Positions 1-8,300 of a DNA stretch of 46,695 nucleotides are shown in pieces. Positions within the stretch are counted from its first letter, which is position 1. Each line of letters begins with the position of its first letter. The notes under the pieces are model-generated. The model ran no database searches and had not been told where the DNA came from. It saw only the letters and a list, made by a program, of their open reading frames with translations. Origin of the DNA: Patescibacteria group bacterium (GTDB lineage: Bacteria; Patescibacteriota; Minisyncoccia; Moranbacterales; SCTJ01); NCBI GenBank assembly GCA_004297805.1, contig SCTJ01000067.1, positions 1 to 46,695 on the forward strand, in the 5' to 3' direction. The translations under genes were made by a program, and so were the position numbers.

Positions 1-1
1 C

Positions 2-124
2 TTTCCAGACTTTGCCGAGTTTTTGGTGCTGGAAGGCATCGATTCCATTTCGCTCAATCCAGACACCGTCATCAAAACGACTCTAGTCATTGGCAAAGCG
101 GAAAAGCTGCGGATGAAAAAATAA
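2..124 (+). CDS. ppsA: 3' end of a phosphoenolpyruvate synthase / PEP-utilising enzyme gene (5' part outside window)
   Basis: Frame 2 is open from the window edge and reads FPDFAEFLVLEGIDSISLNPDTVIKTTLVIGKAEKLRMKK, with stop TAA at 122-124. EGIDSxSLNPDTV matches the conserved extreme C-terminus of PpsA/PPDK enzymes. It is truncated, so it is absent from the ORF track. Confidence 0.7.
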   Translation, partial: FPDFAEFLVLEGIDSISLNPDTVIKTTLVIGKAEKLRMKK

Positions 125-141
125 TTTAGAACACAATCGCT

Positions 142-471
142 GTGCAAATTTTGGCAATTATTCTGGCCGGTGTATCGGTGGGCGTGGCCGATGCCTTGAT
201 AAAAAAACTGGCAGTCACAGGCAATTTCTGGTCATTGGCCAAAAGTCCTTCGATTCTGGCAATCACATTACTGTATGCTTTACAGATTGCTCTGTTTGTC
301 TATGCATTCAAACATCAGTGGAAATTGGGAATAGCTGGAAATATGCAGATGGTATTTTATTCACTGACAGTAGTTGTGGTGGGGCTTATATTTCTTGGGG
401 AACAGCTATCTTGGCTACAAGGCTTAGGCATAGGGTTAGCTTTGGCTGGTGTGGTATTGATGAGTCTTTAA
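142..471 (+). CDS. small four-helix membrane protein, EamA/SMR-like half transporter
   Basis: 109-aa ORF with a GTG start and four hydrophobic segments (ILAIILAGVSVGV, ILAITLLYALQIALFVYAF, MVFYSLTVVVVGLIFLG, GLGIGLALAGVVLMSL). The family call rests on size and topology only. Confidence 0.45.
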   Translation: MQILAIILAGVSVGVADALIKKLAVTGNFWSLAKSPSILAITLLYALQIALFVYAFKHQWKLGIAGNMQMVFYSLTVVVVGLIFLGEQLSWLQGLGIGLALAGVVLMSL

Positions 472-542
472 AATGTCGTCTTGTTGTCTGGCGATACTCG
501 AGGCTTGATTTTTGCTTTGAATCCCGATATCTTAGGGAATAC

Positions 543-628
543 GGAGAGGTCGCATAGTTGGTCTAGTGCGCGCGCTTGGAAAGCGCGTGTGGGGCAACCT
601 ACCGCGAGTTCGAATCTCGCCCTCTCCG
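543..628 (+). tRNA. tRNA-Ser, anticodon GGA, class II (long variable arm)
   Basis: Acceptor GGAGAGG pairs with CCTCTCC. Anticodon stem is CGCGC/GCGCG with loop TTGGAAA, giving anticodon GGA. The variable arm GTGGG-GCAA-CCTAC is long. T arm is GCGAG-TTCGAAT-CTCGC and the discriminator is G. No CCA is encoded (CCG follows). Confidence 0.9.
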
Positions 629-655
629 CCGACAATTATCAAAGGAAGTTATGAA
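617..655 (+). repeat. direct repeat copy 1: last 12 nt of tRNA-Ser, 22 nt of leader and ATGAA of the next ORF
   Basis: TCGCCCTCTCCGCCGACAATTATCAAAGGAAGTTATGAA matches 1941-1979 at 36 of 39 positions. The distance to the downstream ATG is 34 nt in both copies. Confidence 0.85.
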
Positions 656-1907
656 TAAAAAGAATATCGTTTCATGGCTGGTGTATGATTTGGGTAATTC
701 TTTTTTTGTAACCGCTATCAGCGGGTTATTTCTAGCGCAGTGGCTTATTTTGGATAACAAGCTTGATGATATCTGGTATGGGGCGGGTTTTTCAATTGCT
801 ACTATTTTTGTTCTCATGTCCTCGCCATTTCTTGGGGCATGGTCGGACAAGCTGGGGAAGCGGATGCCCTTCTTGAAATGGGCATCGATAGCGCTGTTTG
901 TTTTTAATGGGTTGATTGCCATTACAGCCGTTTCAAATCTTCCGATGATCAGCCGGGCTTTTATTGTTTTGGGACTCTCGATAATCGTGCAATACTTGTA
1001 TCAAATGAGTCTGATTTTCTATAATTCGTTGCTGAAGGATATATCAACTGAAAAAAACAGGGGTAAGATATCGGGACTAGGGGAGGGATTCAATAGCTTG
1101 GGTTGGCTTCTGGGCTCAGTTGCACTCCTACCATTTGCCAATGGGGCTATAACACTCATCGGCGAGCCAGGTCGTCACCAAGTTTTTATACCGGCATTTA
1201 TTATTTCCACGCTGCTGATGTTACCCATGTTGCTTCTGTTTAAGGAACAATCCTTGGCGACTGAAGAGCAAGGAGACAAAACTATCAGCAAGAAAACAGT
1301 CGAAGGAATCAAACAGTTGTTTCATGAAAACAGGAATGTTGGAGTTTTTCTGGTGGGCTTCTCTTTTATATCAGATTTGATGCTTACAATAGAATTATTT
1401 TTTGCCGTGGTGATGGATGCTCTCTATAAAGTTGATGACAATACAAAAACATTGGTTTTTGCTGTCAATCTCGTTGCAACCATCTTGCTAGGATATTTAT
1501 TTGGGAAACTCGGCGACAGATACGGGCACAAGCCGATACTAGTGATTTCATGTGCTATCTTTATCGTCACAATGGTGGTATTTTTTGCCTCTTCCTCACT
1601 GAGTATTCTCTATCTTGTAGGAATTCTATCTGGGGCTGGCGTGGGTGGGTATTATGTCGTCTCTCGATCCCTTATGATAAAACTATCGCCGCAAGATAGG
1701 CTTGGGGAGTACTTCGGATTCTATTCCACCTTTGCACGTATTGCTTCGATCACCGGGCCACTTGTCTGGGGAGGCATAACTTTATTACTCAGAGATTATA
1801 CAGTTTTAAAATATCAAGTGGCTGGAATGGTGATGATTGGTCTTTTGACAATCGGAACTCTCATTCTGTTTAAAGTAAAAGAAAATACATTACTAGCTAG
1901 CGATTAG
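651..1907 (+). CDS. MFS transporter, UMF1/Atg22-like
   Basis: The ORF-track start at 576 would overlap the tRNA. The first ATG at 651 gives MNKKNIVSWLVYDLGNSFF, the W-x-x-YD-x-x-NS type N-terminus of UMF1-family MFS permeases. About 12 hydrophobic segments follow. Confidence 0.75.
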   Translation: MNKKNIVSWLVYDLGNSFFVTAISGLFLAQWLILDNKLDDIWYGAGFSIATIFVLMSSPFLGAWSDKLGKRMPFLKWASIALFVFNGLIAITAVSNLPMISRAFIVLGLSIIVQYLYQMSLIFYNSLLKDISTEKNRGKISGLGEGFNSLGWLLGSVALLPFANGAITLIGEPGRHQVFIPAFIISTLLMLPMLLLFKEQSLATEEQGDKTISKKTVEGIKQLFHENRNVGVFLVGFSFISDLMLTIELFFAVVMDALYKVDDNTKTLVFAVNLVATILLGYLFGKLGDRYGHKPILVISCAIFIVTMVVFFASSSLSILYLVGILSGAGVGGYYVVSRSLMIKLSPQDRLGEYFGFYSTFARIASITGPLVWGGITLLLRDYTVLKYQVAGMVMIGLLTIGTLILFKVKENTLLASD

Positions 1908-1940
1908 AGGATAAGAAATTGTCCACCGCCTGCAGGCGGG

Positions 1941-1979
1941 TCGCCCTCTCCGCCAATAATTATCAAAGTAAGTTATGAA
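1941..1979 (+). repeat. direct repeat copy 2: orphan tRNA-Ser 3' end plus leader in front of the asparaginase gene
   Basis: TCGCCCTCTCCGCCAATAATTATCAAAGTAAGTTATGAA. No tRNA body lies upstream. It is preceded by the palindrome CCGCCTGCAGGCGG at 1926-1939. Confidence 0.85.
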
Positions 1980-3006
1980 CAAACGAAAAGTAATCATCTT
2001 GGGATTTGGGGGAACCATTGCCATGGTTCCTGATTCAGCTGGCGTGCTGAAGCCTGCCAAAAGTGTAGAAGAGATTTTGGCTATTGTTCCGTCGCTTAGA
2101 GAAATGGCCGATGTTTCATTTCAAGAGCTGGAACGCTTGGATAGCACCAACATCAATCCGAGCCACTGGACGAAATTGGCTCTCAAGATTCGAGAAGTTC
2201 ATGATCAGGCGGATGCGATTATCGTTACGCATGGCACTGACACAATGGCCTACACGGCCGGAGGCGTGGCTCTGGCCCTGGGGCGGGGACTGAAAATTCC
2301 TGTGGTTTTCACCGGGTCGCAACTTCCTCTGGTGGCCTATGGTACGGACGCACGGTTCAACCTCGAGAATTCGATGAAGACAGTGCTGCAAGCTTGTGAA
2401 GAAAAAATCGCCGAAGTTATGATTGTTTTTAGCGACAGTGTCTTGCGGGCCGCTCGAGCCATCAAAACCAGTGAAGCCAGATTCCCGGCGTTTGATTCGC
2501 CAGCCTTTCCGCATCTAGCCAGGATAGATGCGGTGGGTGTTCACTTTATCCCAGAAGCTTTAAAAGTCGAGCCAGAATTAAAACTTGAAGTTGTGTCTGA
2601 ATTTCAGCGGGGAATTTTGGCCATCGATCTGGTGCCAGGACTTGAGCCGGAAATCATCCTCAATGTTTTACGAGCAGGTGGGTGCCAGGGCTTGCTACTC
2701 AAATCTTTGGGCGCGGGTAATGTGCCAAGCGAAAATGAGTACTCACTTTTGCCGGTGATTCAGGAAGCGGTGAATGTTCTCAAAATTCCAGTTCTTGTCT
2801 CAACAAAATTCGTTGGCGGACAAACACATATGGATATCTATGAACCCGGGAAGTTGGCGCTGGAAGCGGGAGCCATCCCGACGGGTGACCTGACTGATGT
2901 CATGGCGCAAGTAAAGTTCATGTGGGTTTTGGCGCAGGGTCACAAATCTCCGGAAAATTTACAGCGGGCAATTAACACGAGTGTGGTGGGCGAAATTACT
3001 GCCTAA
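1975..3006 (+). CDS. ansA: L-asparaginase (type I / GatD-like fold)
   Basis: Carries the two catalytic threonine motifs of the asparaginase family, GFGGTIAM near the N-terminus and VTHGTDTMAYTA. Length is 343 aa. Confidence 0.85.
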   Translation: MNKRKVIILGFGGTIAMVPDSAGVLKPAKSVEEILAIVPSLREMADVSFQELERLDSTNINPSHWTKLALKIREVHDQADAIIVTHGTDTMAYTAGGVALALGRGLKIPVVFTGSQLPLVAYGTDARFNLENSMKTVLQACEEKIAEVMIVFSDSVLRAARAIKTSEARFPAFDSPAFPHLARIDAVGVHFIPEALKVEPELKLEVVSEFQRGILAIDLVPGLEPEIILNVLRAGGCQGLLLKSLGAGNVPSENEYSLLPVIQEAVNVLKIPVLVSTKFVGGQTHMDIYEPGKLALEAGAIPTGDLTDVMAQVKFMWVLAQGHKSPENLQRAINTSVVGEITA

Positions 3007-3032
3007 GTTTTTACGATCTTTAATTAAAACGT

Positions 3033-3401
3033 ATGCTATTAACTATCGAAGATTCTGGACGGACAGTGGCTAGCGGCCAATCGGAATTGCCAGCGGAGGC
3101 AATTGAAAAACTTTTTCAAGCACACAAGCTAGTCGCCAAAGACGAGGAAGCAACGCGTACCCTGACTCACCGTTTGATGATGCTATTGGAAAAAAGAAGA
3201 AACCAATATGCAGCCGGGAAATTATCTCCAAATGAGGAAATAGCCTATACTTGTGAACGAGACATTTTAACCGCCTTGGTGGACGAAAAGGGCGCACTTC
3301 CAGCCGAGTTGCATCGAGACATGGAAAACTATCCAAGCTACTCCAAAGATTGCATGCTGAAAGCGATTGCCAGCGTGGCTGATCTGGTGGCGACTGAATA
3401 A
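3033..3401 (+). CDS. hypothetical acidic helical protein
   Basis: 122-aa ORF in a tight co-directional gene string. I recognise no motif. Confidence 0.5.
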   Translation: MLLTIEDSGRTVASGQSELPAEAIEKLFQAHKLVAKDEEATRTLTHRLMMLLEKRRNQYAAGKLSPNEEIAYTCERDILTALVDEKGALPAELHRDMENYPSYSKDCMLKAIASVADLVATE

Positions 3402-3442
3402 GTCAGGCATCTTTAGCTTCTTCGAGACAAAAGACTAAACTG

Positions 3443-4312
3443 TTGAATGCTTCTATGGTAAACGGCGTTCACATTCAAGAGATCAAATGCAAAATAATTC
3501 TGGGCAAGTGCGGCTTTCCCGGCGGCGGTTTGTCGATTAATCCCTATGTGGGGTGCGCGCATGATTGTCGCTATTGTTATGCGCGCTTCATGAAGCGGTT
3601 CACGGGCCACACTGATCGTTGGGGATCATTTGTGGATGTGCGACTCAACGCGGCTGAGGTTTTGGAAAAGCAACTCAAGTCTGCCAAATATGCAGGCCAA
3701 AGAATCTACATTGGCACCGTGACCGATCCCTATCAGGCAGTCGAAAAGGAATACGAGATTACCAAACAGATTTTGAATGTGCTGGTGCAACATGATAATC
3801 CAGTGAGTATTCTCACTAAGTCGGATCTAGTCGTGCGTGACATTGGGTTGTTGCGGCAGCTCAAAGATGTGGATGTTAATATCACTATCAATACCTTGGA
3901 TGAGCAATGGAAAGAAGTCGTGGAGCCTGGCTCGCCTTCCATTCAGGCGCGATTGGATGCCATCCAGAAGTTAACCGAAAGCGGAATCACAGTGAATGCG
4001 ATGATAGGACCATATTGGCCGGTCTTCACCGATGCGCCTGCCTTGTTGGCTAAATTAAAACAATTGGGCGTCGCCGAAATTTTTACCGAAAGCTTCAATA
4101 CGACGGGCAGCAATTGGACAGGCGTGGAGATTGCGATGCGCAAGCGCTATCCGGGGGCGCTGAAGCAAATGAAAGAGATCCTTTTTGACCAGCAGCGCTT
4201 TCATGAATTTTATGCTAAAGTTGAGCAGGAAATGAAGGTCTTGTCCCGACAGTTTGACCTGCCAGTTCACATTCACTTTGGACGGGGGCATGCGGGCAAG
4301 ATAGCCAGTTGA
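3443..4312 (+). CDS. radical SAM protein, SplB/COG1533-like ('DNA repair photolyase' family)
   Basis: The CxxxCxxC cluster motif is present in PYVGCAHDCRYCYARF. Length (~290 aa) and layout fit the Rv2578c/SplB-like group. The substrate is unknown. Confidence 0.7.
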   Translation: MNASMVNGVHIQEIKCKIILGKCGFPGGGLSINPYVGCAHDCRYCYARFMKRFTGHTDRWGSFVDVRLNAAEVLEKQLKSAKYAGQRIYIGTVTDPYQAVEKEYEITKQILNVLVQHDNPVSILTKSDLVVRDIGLLRQLKDVDVNITINTLDEQWKEVVEPGSPSIQARLDAIQKLTESGITVNAMIGPYWPVFTDAPALLAKLKQLGVAEIFTESFNTTGSNWTGVEIAMRKRYPGALKQMKEILFDQQRFHEFYAKVEQEMKVLSRQFDLPVHIHFGRGHAGKIAS

Positions 4313-4346
4313 GGACAAGAGATTATAATAGCTTAAAACATTAGTT

Positions 4347-4874
4347 ATGTTAAAAGAACCACATCTGGGGGCCGATCCCAAAAGCGCAGATGAATTGGAA
4401 ATTCAGCGACTGCTCGAAACTGGCGAGGCGTGCGATGCAGAAGATGCGCGAGACGCTGTGAATGAAAGACAAGAAGTTGAATTTTATCGAGGTGTGGATC
4501 GTGAAGCAGCGCTGGCAGAAATCAGCGAGACACTGCGCCGCTTGGACAAAATTGAGCGCAAGGTGCGGGGTGGTCAAATGGAAGAGCTGCCGTTGTCTTC
4601 CGCAGAGTCCCACGATCGATTTGAGTTACGGTTTGCGCGAGCCACCGTCACGGCTGGCCTGACGGCGGATGAGAGAGAATATCTCCATTGCAATTATCTT
4701 CTTCCATCCAACAGAGTAGCGAGTGATCCGGCAGAATTCATGCGTCAAGAGAATTCCCGACGTCGCCTCGAAAAAAGAATGGATGCCATTGTGGTACGCC
4801 TTGGCGCGGAGCGGGCGCGGGCAATTGTGGTCGAGTGGCAAAAGCTCCTGGGCCAGTTTTTTGGTGATTATTAA
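4347..4874 (+). CDS. hypothetical acidic protein
   Basis: 175-aa ORF preceded by TATAAT at 4324-4329. It is rich in E/R/A and has no recognisable motif. Confidence 0.5.
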   Translation: MLKEPHLGADPKSADELEIQRLLETGEACDAEDARDAVNERQEVEFYRGVDREAALAEISETLRRLDKIERKVRGGQMEELPLSSAESHDRFELRFARATVTAGLTADEREYLHCNYLLPSNRVASDPAEFMRQENSRRRLEKRMDAIVVRLGAERARAIVVEWQKLLGQFFGDY

Positions 4875-4958
4875 TTCATCCCCCAGTGCATATCTGGTAA
4901 GCCTGAAGCGGGGGTGAAATTTTTACATTTCCCGGAAGGTAGTATATGATACACTCTC

Positions 4959-6803
4959 ATGAATACTGCCGTTGAGGACGTTAAGTCTCGAATCAATATC
5001 GTGGATCTGGTTGGGGAGTATGTGAAGCTCCAGAAAGCCGGATCCAACTGGAAGGCGCCCTGCCCGTTTCATCGGGAGAAATCGCCTTCTTTTATGGTGT
5101 CGGAAGAAAAGCAAATCTGGCATTGTTTTGGTTGTGGCAAGGGCGGAGACGCTTTTGGGTTTGTGATGGAAGCGGAAAGTCTGGACTTCAAGGAGGCCCT
5201 GCGCCTGCTGGCGGATAAAGCTGGTGTGGATTTGCAGCAATATCAAACCACGCGGGGATTCGCTACGGAAACGCCGAAAGGACGCACGCCGGAAATTTTG
5301 GAACTGGCAACCAAATTTTTTGAAAAACAACTCTGGGACGGTGTGGGCAAAACTAAAATCTTGGAATATCTGCGCCAGCGTGGCCTCAAAGATGAGACGA
5401 TCCGGGAATTTCGCTTGGGCTACGCGCCGGCGGGCTGGAGAAATTTGCTGGATTTTTTGACCGGACGGGGATATTCAGCCGAAGAGGTCAATGCCACCGG
5501 ACTCTTGGTGCAAAAAACTGAGGAAACACAAGCGGATAATAACGCTGTGAGTTCTACACTGCGCGCCGCGAGATACTACGATCGTTTTCGTGATCGCATT
5601 ATGTTTCCCATTCAGGATTCGCTGGGTCGGGTGGTGGGGTTCACGGGGCGAGTGGCGCCCGGGGGAGACGAATCGCAAGCCAAATATGTGAACACACCAG
5701 AAACCGCCCTTTATCACAAAAGCAAGATTCTCTATGGTTTGGACAAGGCCAAGCGCGCCATCAAGGATAAGGGAGGCGTGCTGATCGTGGAGGGCAACAT
5801 GGATGTGATCGCTGCACATCAGGCTGGGATCAAGAATGCAGTGGCGGTTTCCGGCACAGCTCTGACGGCGGAGCAAATCGATATGCTCAAGCGCTATAGT
5901 GACAACATGCAACTGATGTTTGATATGGATAGTGCCGGCGAAGAAGCCATTCGGCGGAGCGCAGCGCTCTGCTTTCAAAAAGACATGAATGTCTCGATTG
6001 TTCGCCTGCCGGAAGGCAAAGATGCGGCCGAAGTAGTACAGAAAAATCCGGAACTCCTGCAGCAAGCCCTGAAAGGATCAACGCATGCCATGGATTACCT
6101 GTTGCAAGGCCTATTGCAAGTGCACGATCGGCGGACGCCAGCCGGCAAAAAATCAATTGTGAATGGAGCGCTGGAATATTTGGCGGAATTCAAAAGTGAC
6201 ATTGAGCGTCAACATTGGATCAAAACGCTGGCTGAAATAGTGGGAGTGGAAGAAAAAATAGTTTCCGGTGTACTAGATAGCGTTGCCAGGCGGAAAGCGC
6301 AACCGGACAGAAATAGCGCACGGGTTGTAGCTAGACCGGAAGTGTCGCAAAAGGAACGAACCGATATTTTGGCGGAACGTATGAGTGGTCTAATGCTGGC
6401 TTTTCCAGCGATTTGGAATAAGGTGGCCGACAATAATGACGGAATTCTCGACCGGGTGGCCCAATCGTTTTTTAGGGAAATTGTCGAACAGGGTCGGGAA
6501 ACTAACTTTGTATTTGAAACAGTATTGTCCCAAACTGTGGACGAGAAACTGAAGCAACTGCTTCAAAGTCTCTTTTTTGGAGCCAAGTTTCAATTGGTCA
6601 CATCCGGCGATCCAGTCGAAGTTGAATTGGGCGAGGCGGAGAAGCAGTTCGCGGCCTATGTGGAATCCTATGTGCAAGAACAGAATCGTAAACGGCTGCA
6701 AGCTCTGGCGCGTGACATGCGGAAAGCGGAGGCGGATGGCGATGAAACTGGATTGAAATTGTTAGTGGATGAGTTTAATAATCTTTCAAAGTCGGTGCGT
6801 TGA
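4959..6803 (+). CDS. dnaG: DNA primase
   Basis: CHC2 zinc finger CPFHREKSPSFMVSEEKQIWHCFGCGKGGD. TOPRIM motifs LIVEGNMDV and MFDMDSAGEEA. Lies directly upstream of rpoD, the classical arrangement. Confidence 0.95.
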   Translation: MNTAVEDVKSRINIVDLVGEYVKLQKAGSNWKAPCPFHREKSPSFMVSEEKQIWHCFGCGKGGDAFGFVMEAESLDFKEALRLLADKAGVDLQQYQTTRGFATETPKGRTPEILELATKFFEKQLWDGVGKTKILEYLRQRGLKDETIREFRLGYAPAGWRNLLDFLTGRGYSAEEVNATGLLVQKTEETQADNNAVSSTLRAARYYDRFRDRIMFPIQDSLGRVVGFTGRVAPGGDESQAKYVNTPETALYHKSKILYGLDKAKRAIKDKGGVLIVEGNMDVIAAHQAGIKNAVAVSGTALTAEQIDMLKRYSDNMQLMFDMDSAGEEAIRRSAALCFQKDMNVSIVRLPEGKDAAEVVQKNPELLQQALKGSTHAMDYLLQGLLQVHDRRTPAGKKSIVNGALEYLAEFKSDIERQHWIKTLAEIVGVEEKIVSGVLDSVARRKAQPDRNSARVVARPEVSQKERTDILAERMSGLMLAFPAIWNKVADNNDGILDRVAQSFFREIVEQGRETNFVFETVLSQTVDEKLKQLLQSLFFGAKFQLVTSGDPVEVELGEAEKQFAAYVESYVQEQNRKRLQALARDMRKAEADGDETGLKLLVDEFNNLSKSVR

Positions 6804-6845
6804 GCACGATGGACCTGGCTAACTTCAGGGACGTCCGAAAAAATT

Positions 6846-8141
6846 ATGGTGCAGAAAAAAAATAAGGCCAAGAAGGCAAAGAAAAAAGTGGTGGCTTCAA
6901 AGCGGAAAGCTAAGTCGGTTAAGAAGCCGACTGCGCGCAAGAAGGTGACCAAAAAGCCGGTGGCAATGCGACGACCGGTGGCAGCCAAAAAACCCGCTCG
7001 GAAATCTTCCAAGAAGGTGGTTGAGGCTGGAGCAGCGATCGAGGATCGCAATACCATGATTCAGGAGCTGGTCGAACGCGGTCGACAGCGGGGCTTTGTG
7101 ACTGAAGACGAGATTATTCATGTGATGCCGGAAGTTGAGACTGAATTGTCTAATCTTGAAAATCTCTACGAAAAATTGGAAACGTCGGGAATCAAGATTG
7201 TCGGTTCAGATGAAATGTTAACGATTGATACGGCCCGTGAAGTAGACAACTTTGAAAAACGCAAGCGCGGTGAAAAAGTTTCCGATGGCTATTCATCCGA
7301 TGAGAGCGATGCTTCTTCGGACTTGGTACAAATGTATTTGAAAGAGATCGGCCGAGTAGCGTTGCTGAGTGGTGAGGAGGAAATCAAACTGGCCAAAATG
7401 ATCGAAAAGGGAGATCTGATGTCAAAAAATAGACTGACCGAGGCTAATTTGCGGTTGGTAGTATCGATTGCCAAGAAATATGCCGGGCGGTCACACAGCT
7501 TGTCGCTCCTGGATTTGATTCAAGAGGGGAACATCGGCTTGTTTCGGGCTGTGGAAAAGTTTGATTATCGCAAAGGTTTCAAATTTTCTACCTATGCTAC
7601 CTGGTGGATTCGCCAGGCCATCACGCGGGCGCTGGCTGATCAATCACGAACGATTCGCATCCCAGTGCACATGGTAGAAACAATCAACAAATATACCCAG
7701 GTAACGCGGCGCTTGGTGCAGGAGTTAGGACGCGAACCGTTGCCGGAAGAAGTGGCGGCGGAAATGAATATTGAAGTGGAAAAAATACGACACATTCAAA
7801 AGATTTCGCAGGAAACGGTGTCCCTCGAGACCTCCGTGGGCGACTCGGACGATGACAGTGTGCTGGGCGATTTCATTGAAGACACTGAAACAGTCATGCC
7901 GCATCAGGTCGCTTCACGAAAGCTCTTGAAGAGTCACGTGGGCGAAGTGCTGCAAGAGCTCACTCCTCGCGAACAGAAGATTCTGAAAATTCGTTTCGGG
8001 TTGGAGGATGGAGTGACCCATACCCTAGAAGAAGTGGGGCAGGAATTTGGAGTGACGCGCGAGCGTATTCGGCAAATTGAGGCCAAAGCATTGGAAAAGA
8101 TCCGCAATCATATTGCTATCCGGAAGCTCAAAGATTACTAA
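6846..8141 (+). CDS. rpoD: primary RNA polymerase sigma factor (sigma-70 family) with a Lys-rich N-terminal tail
   Basis: Region 2.4 [13 protein letters not shown], region 4.2 [24 protein letters not shown] and the rpoD-box IRIPVHM are present. The first ~60 aa are K/A/P-rich. Confidence 0.95.
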   Translation: MVQKKNKAKKAKKKVVASKRKAKSVKKPTARKKVTKKPVAMRRPVAAKKPARKSSKKVVEAGAAIEDRNTMIQELVERGRQRGFVTEDEIIHVMPEVETELSNLENLYEKLETSGIKIVGSDEMLTIDTAREVDNFEKRKRGEKVSDGYSSDESDASSDLVQMYLKEIGRVALLSGEEEIKLAKMIEKGDLMSKNRLTEANLRLVVSIAKKYAGRSHSLSLLDLIQEGNIGLFRAVEKFDYRKGFKFSTYATWWIRQAITRALADQSRTIRIPVHMVETINKYTQVTRRLVQELGREPLPEEVAAEMNIEVEKIRHIQKISQETVSLETSVGDSDDDSVLGDFIEDTETVMPHQVASRKLLKSHVGEVLQELTPREQKILKIRFGLEDGVTHTLEEVGQEFGVTRERIRQIEAKALEKIRNHIAIRKLKDY

Positions 8142-8163
8142 CAGACGGGCGCAGACTGCAAAA

Positions 8164-8185
8164 AGCGGGCAAAAGCCCGCTTTTA
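8164..8185 (+). terminator. intrinsic terminator after rpoD
   Basis: AGCGGGC-AAAA-GCCCGCT followed by TTTT. Confidence 0.75.
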
Positions 8186-8215
8186 TGCTGGAATAGTTAT
8201 CCACAGCAGGGAGGC

Positions 8216-8244
8216 TTGCAGTGATATCATATCAGTGATAGACT
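8216..8244 (+). promoter_or_regulatory. putative lexA promoter overlapped by two CAGTGATA direct repeats
   Basis: TTGCAG, 17-nt spacer, TAGACT. The 8-mer CAGTGATA occurs at 8219-8226 and 8233-8240, overlapping the -35 and -10 elements. The palindrome TGATATCA at 8222-8229 lies in the spacer. Confidence 0.45.
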
Positions 8245-8256
8245 AACACTAGTTGC

Positions 8257-8284
8257 CAGTAACCGGTAACTAGTAATCAGTAAC
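8257..8284 (+). repeat. four tandem heptads with a GTAAC core in the lexA leader
   Basis: CAGTAAC CGGTAAC TAGTAAT CAGTAAC. The array lies just downstream of the predicted start site and 17 nt before the lexA ATG. Confidence 0.8.
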
Positions 8285-8300
8285 AAGAAAAATAAAAAGT

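Noticed and set aside
576-650. ORF-track start (576) of the MFS gene, which would add MESACGATYREFESRPLRRQLSKEV to the protein
   Set aside because: These codons run through the 3' half of tRNA-Ser (543-628). The ATG at 651 gives a typical UMF1-family N-terminus and matches the duplicated leader-ATGAA geometry.
1926-1939. CCGCC-N2-4-GGCGG palindromes next to both duplication junctions (1926-1939 and 16436-16449) and at 15791-15802, considered as a possible shared recombination site or micro-element
   Set aside because: The shared core is only 5+5 nt of GC-rich palindrome, and the flanks are unrelated. That is too short to distinguish from chance without genome-wide counts. It is mentioned in the relevant findings only as context.
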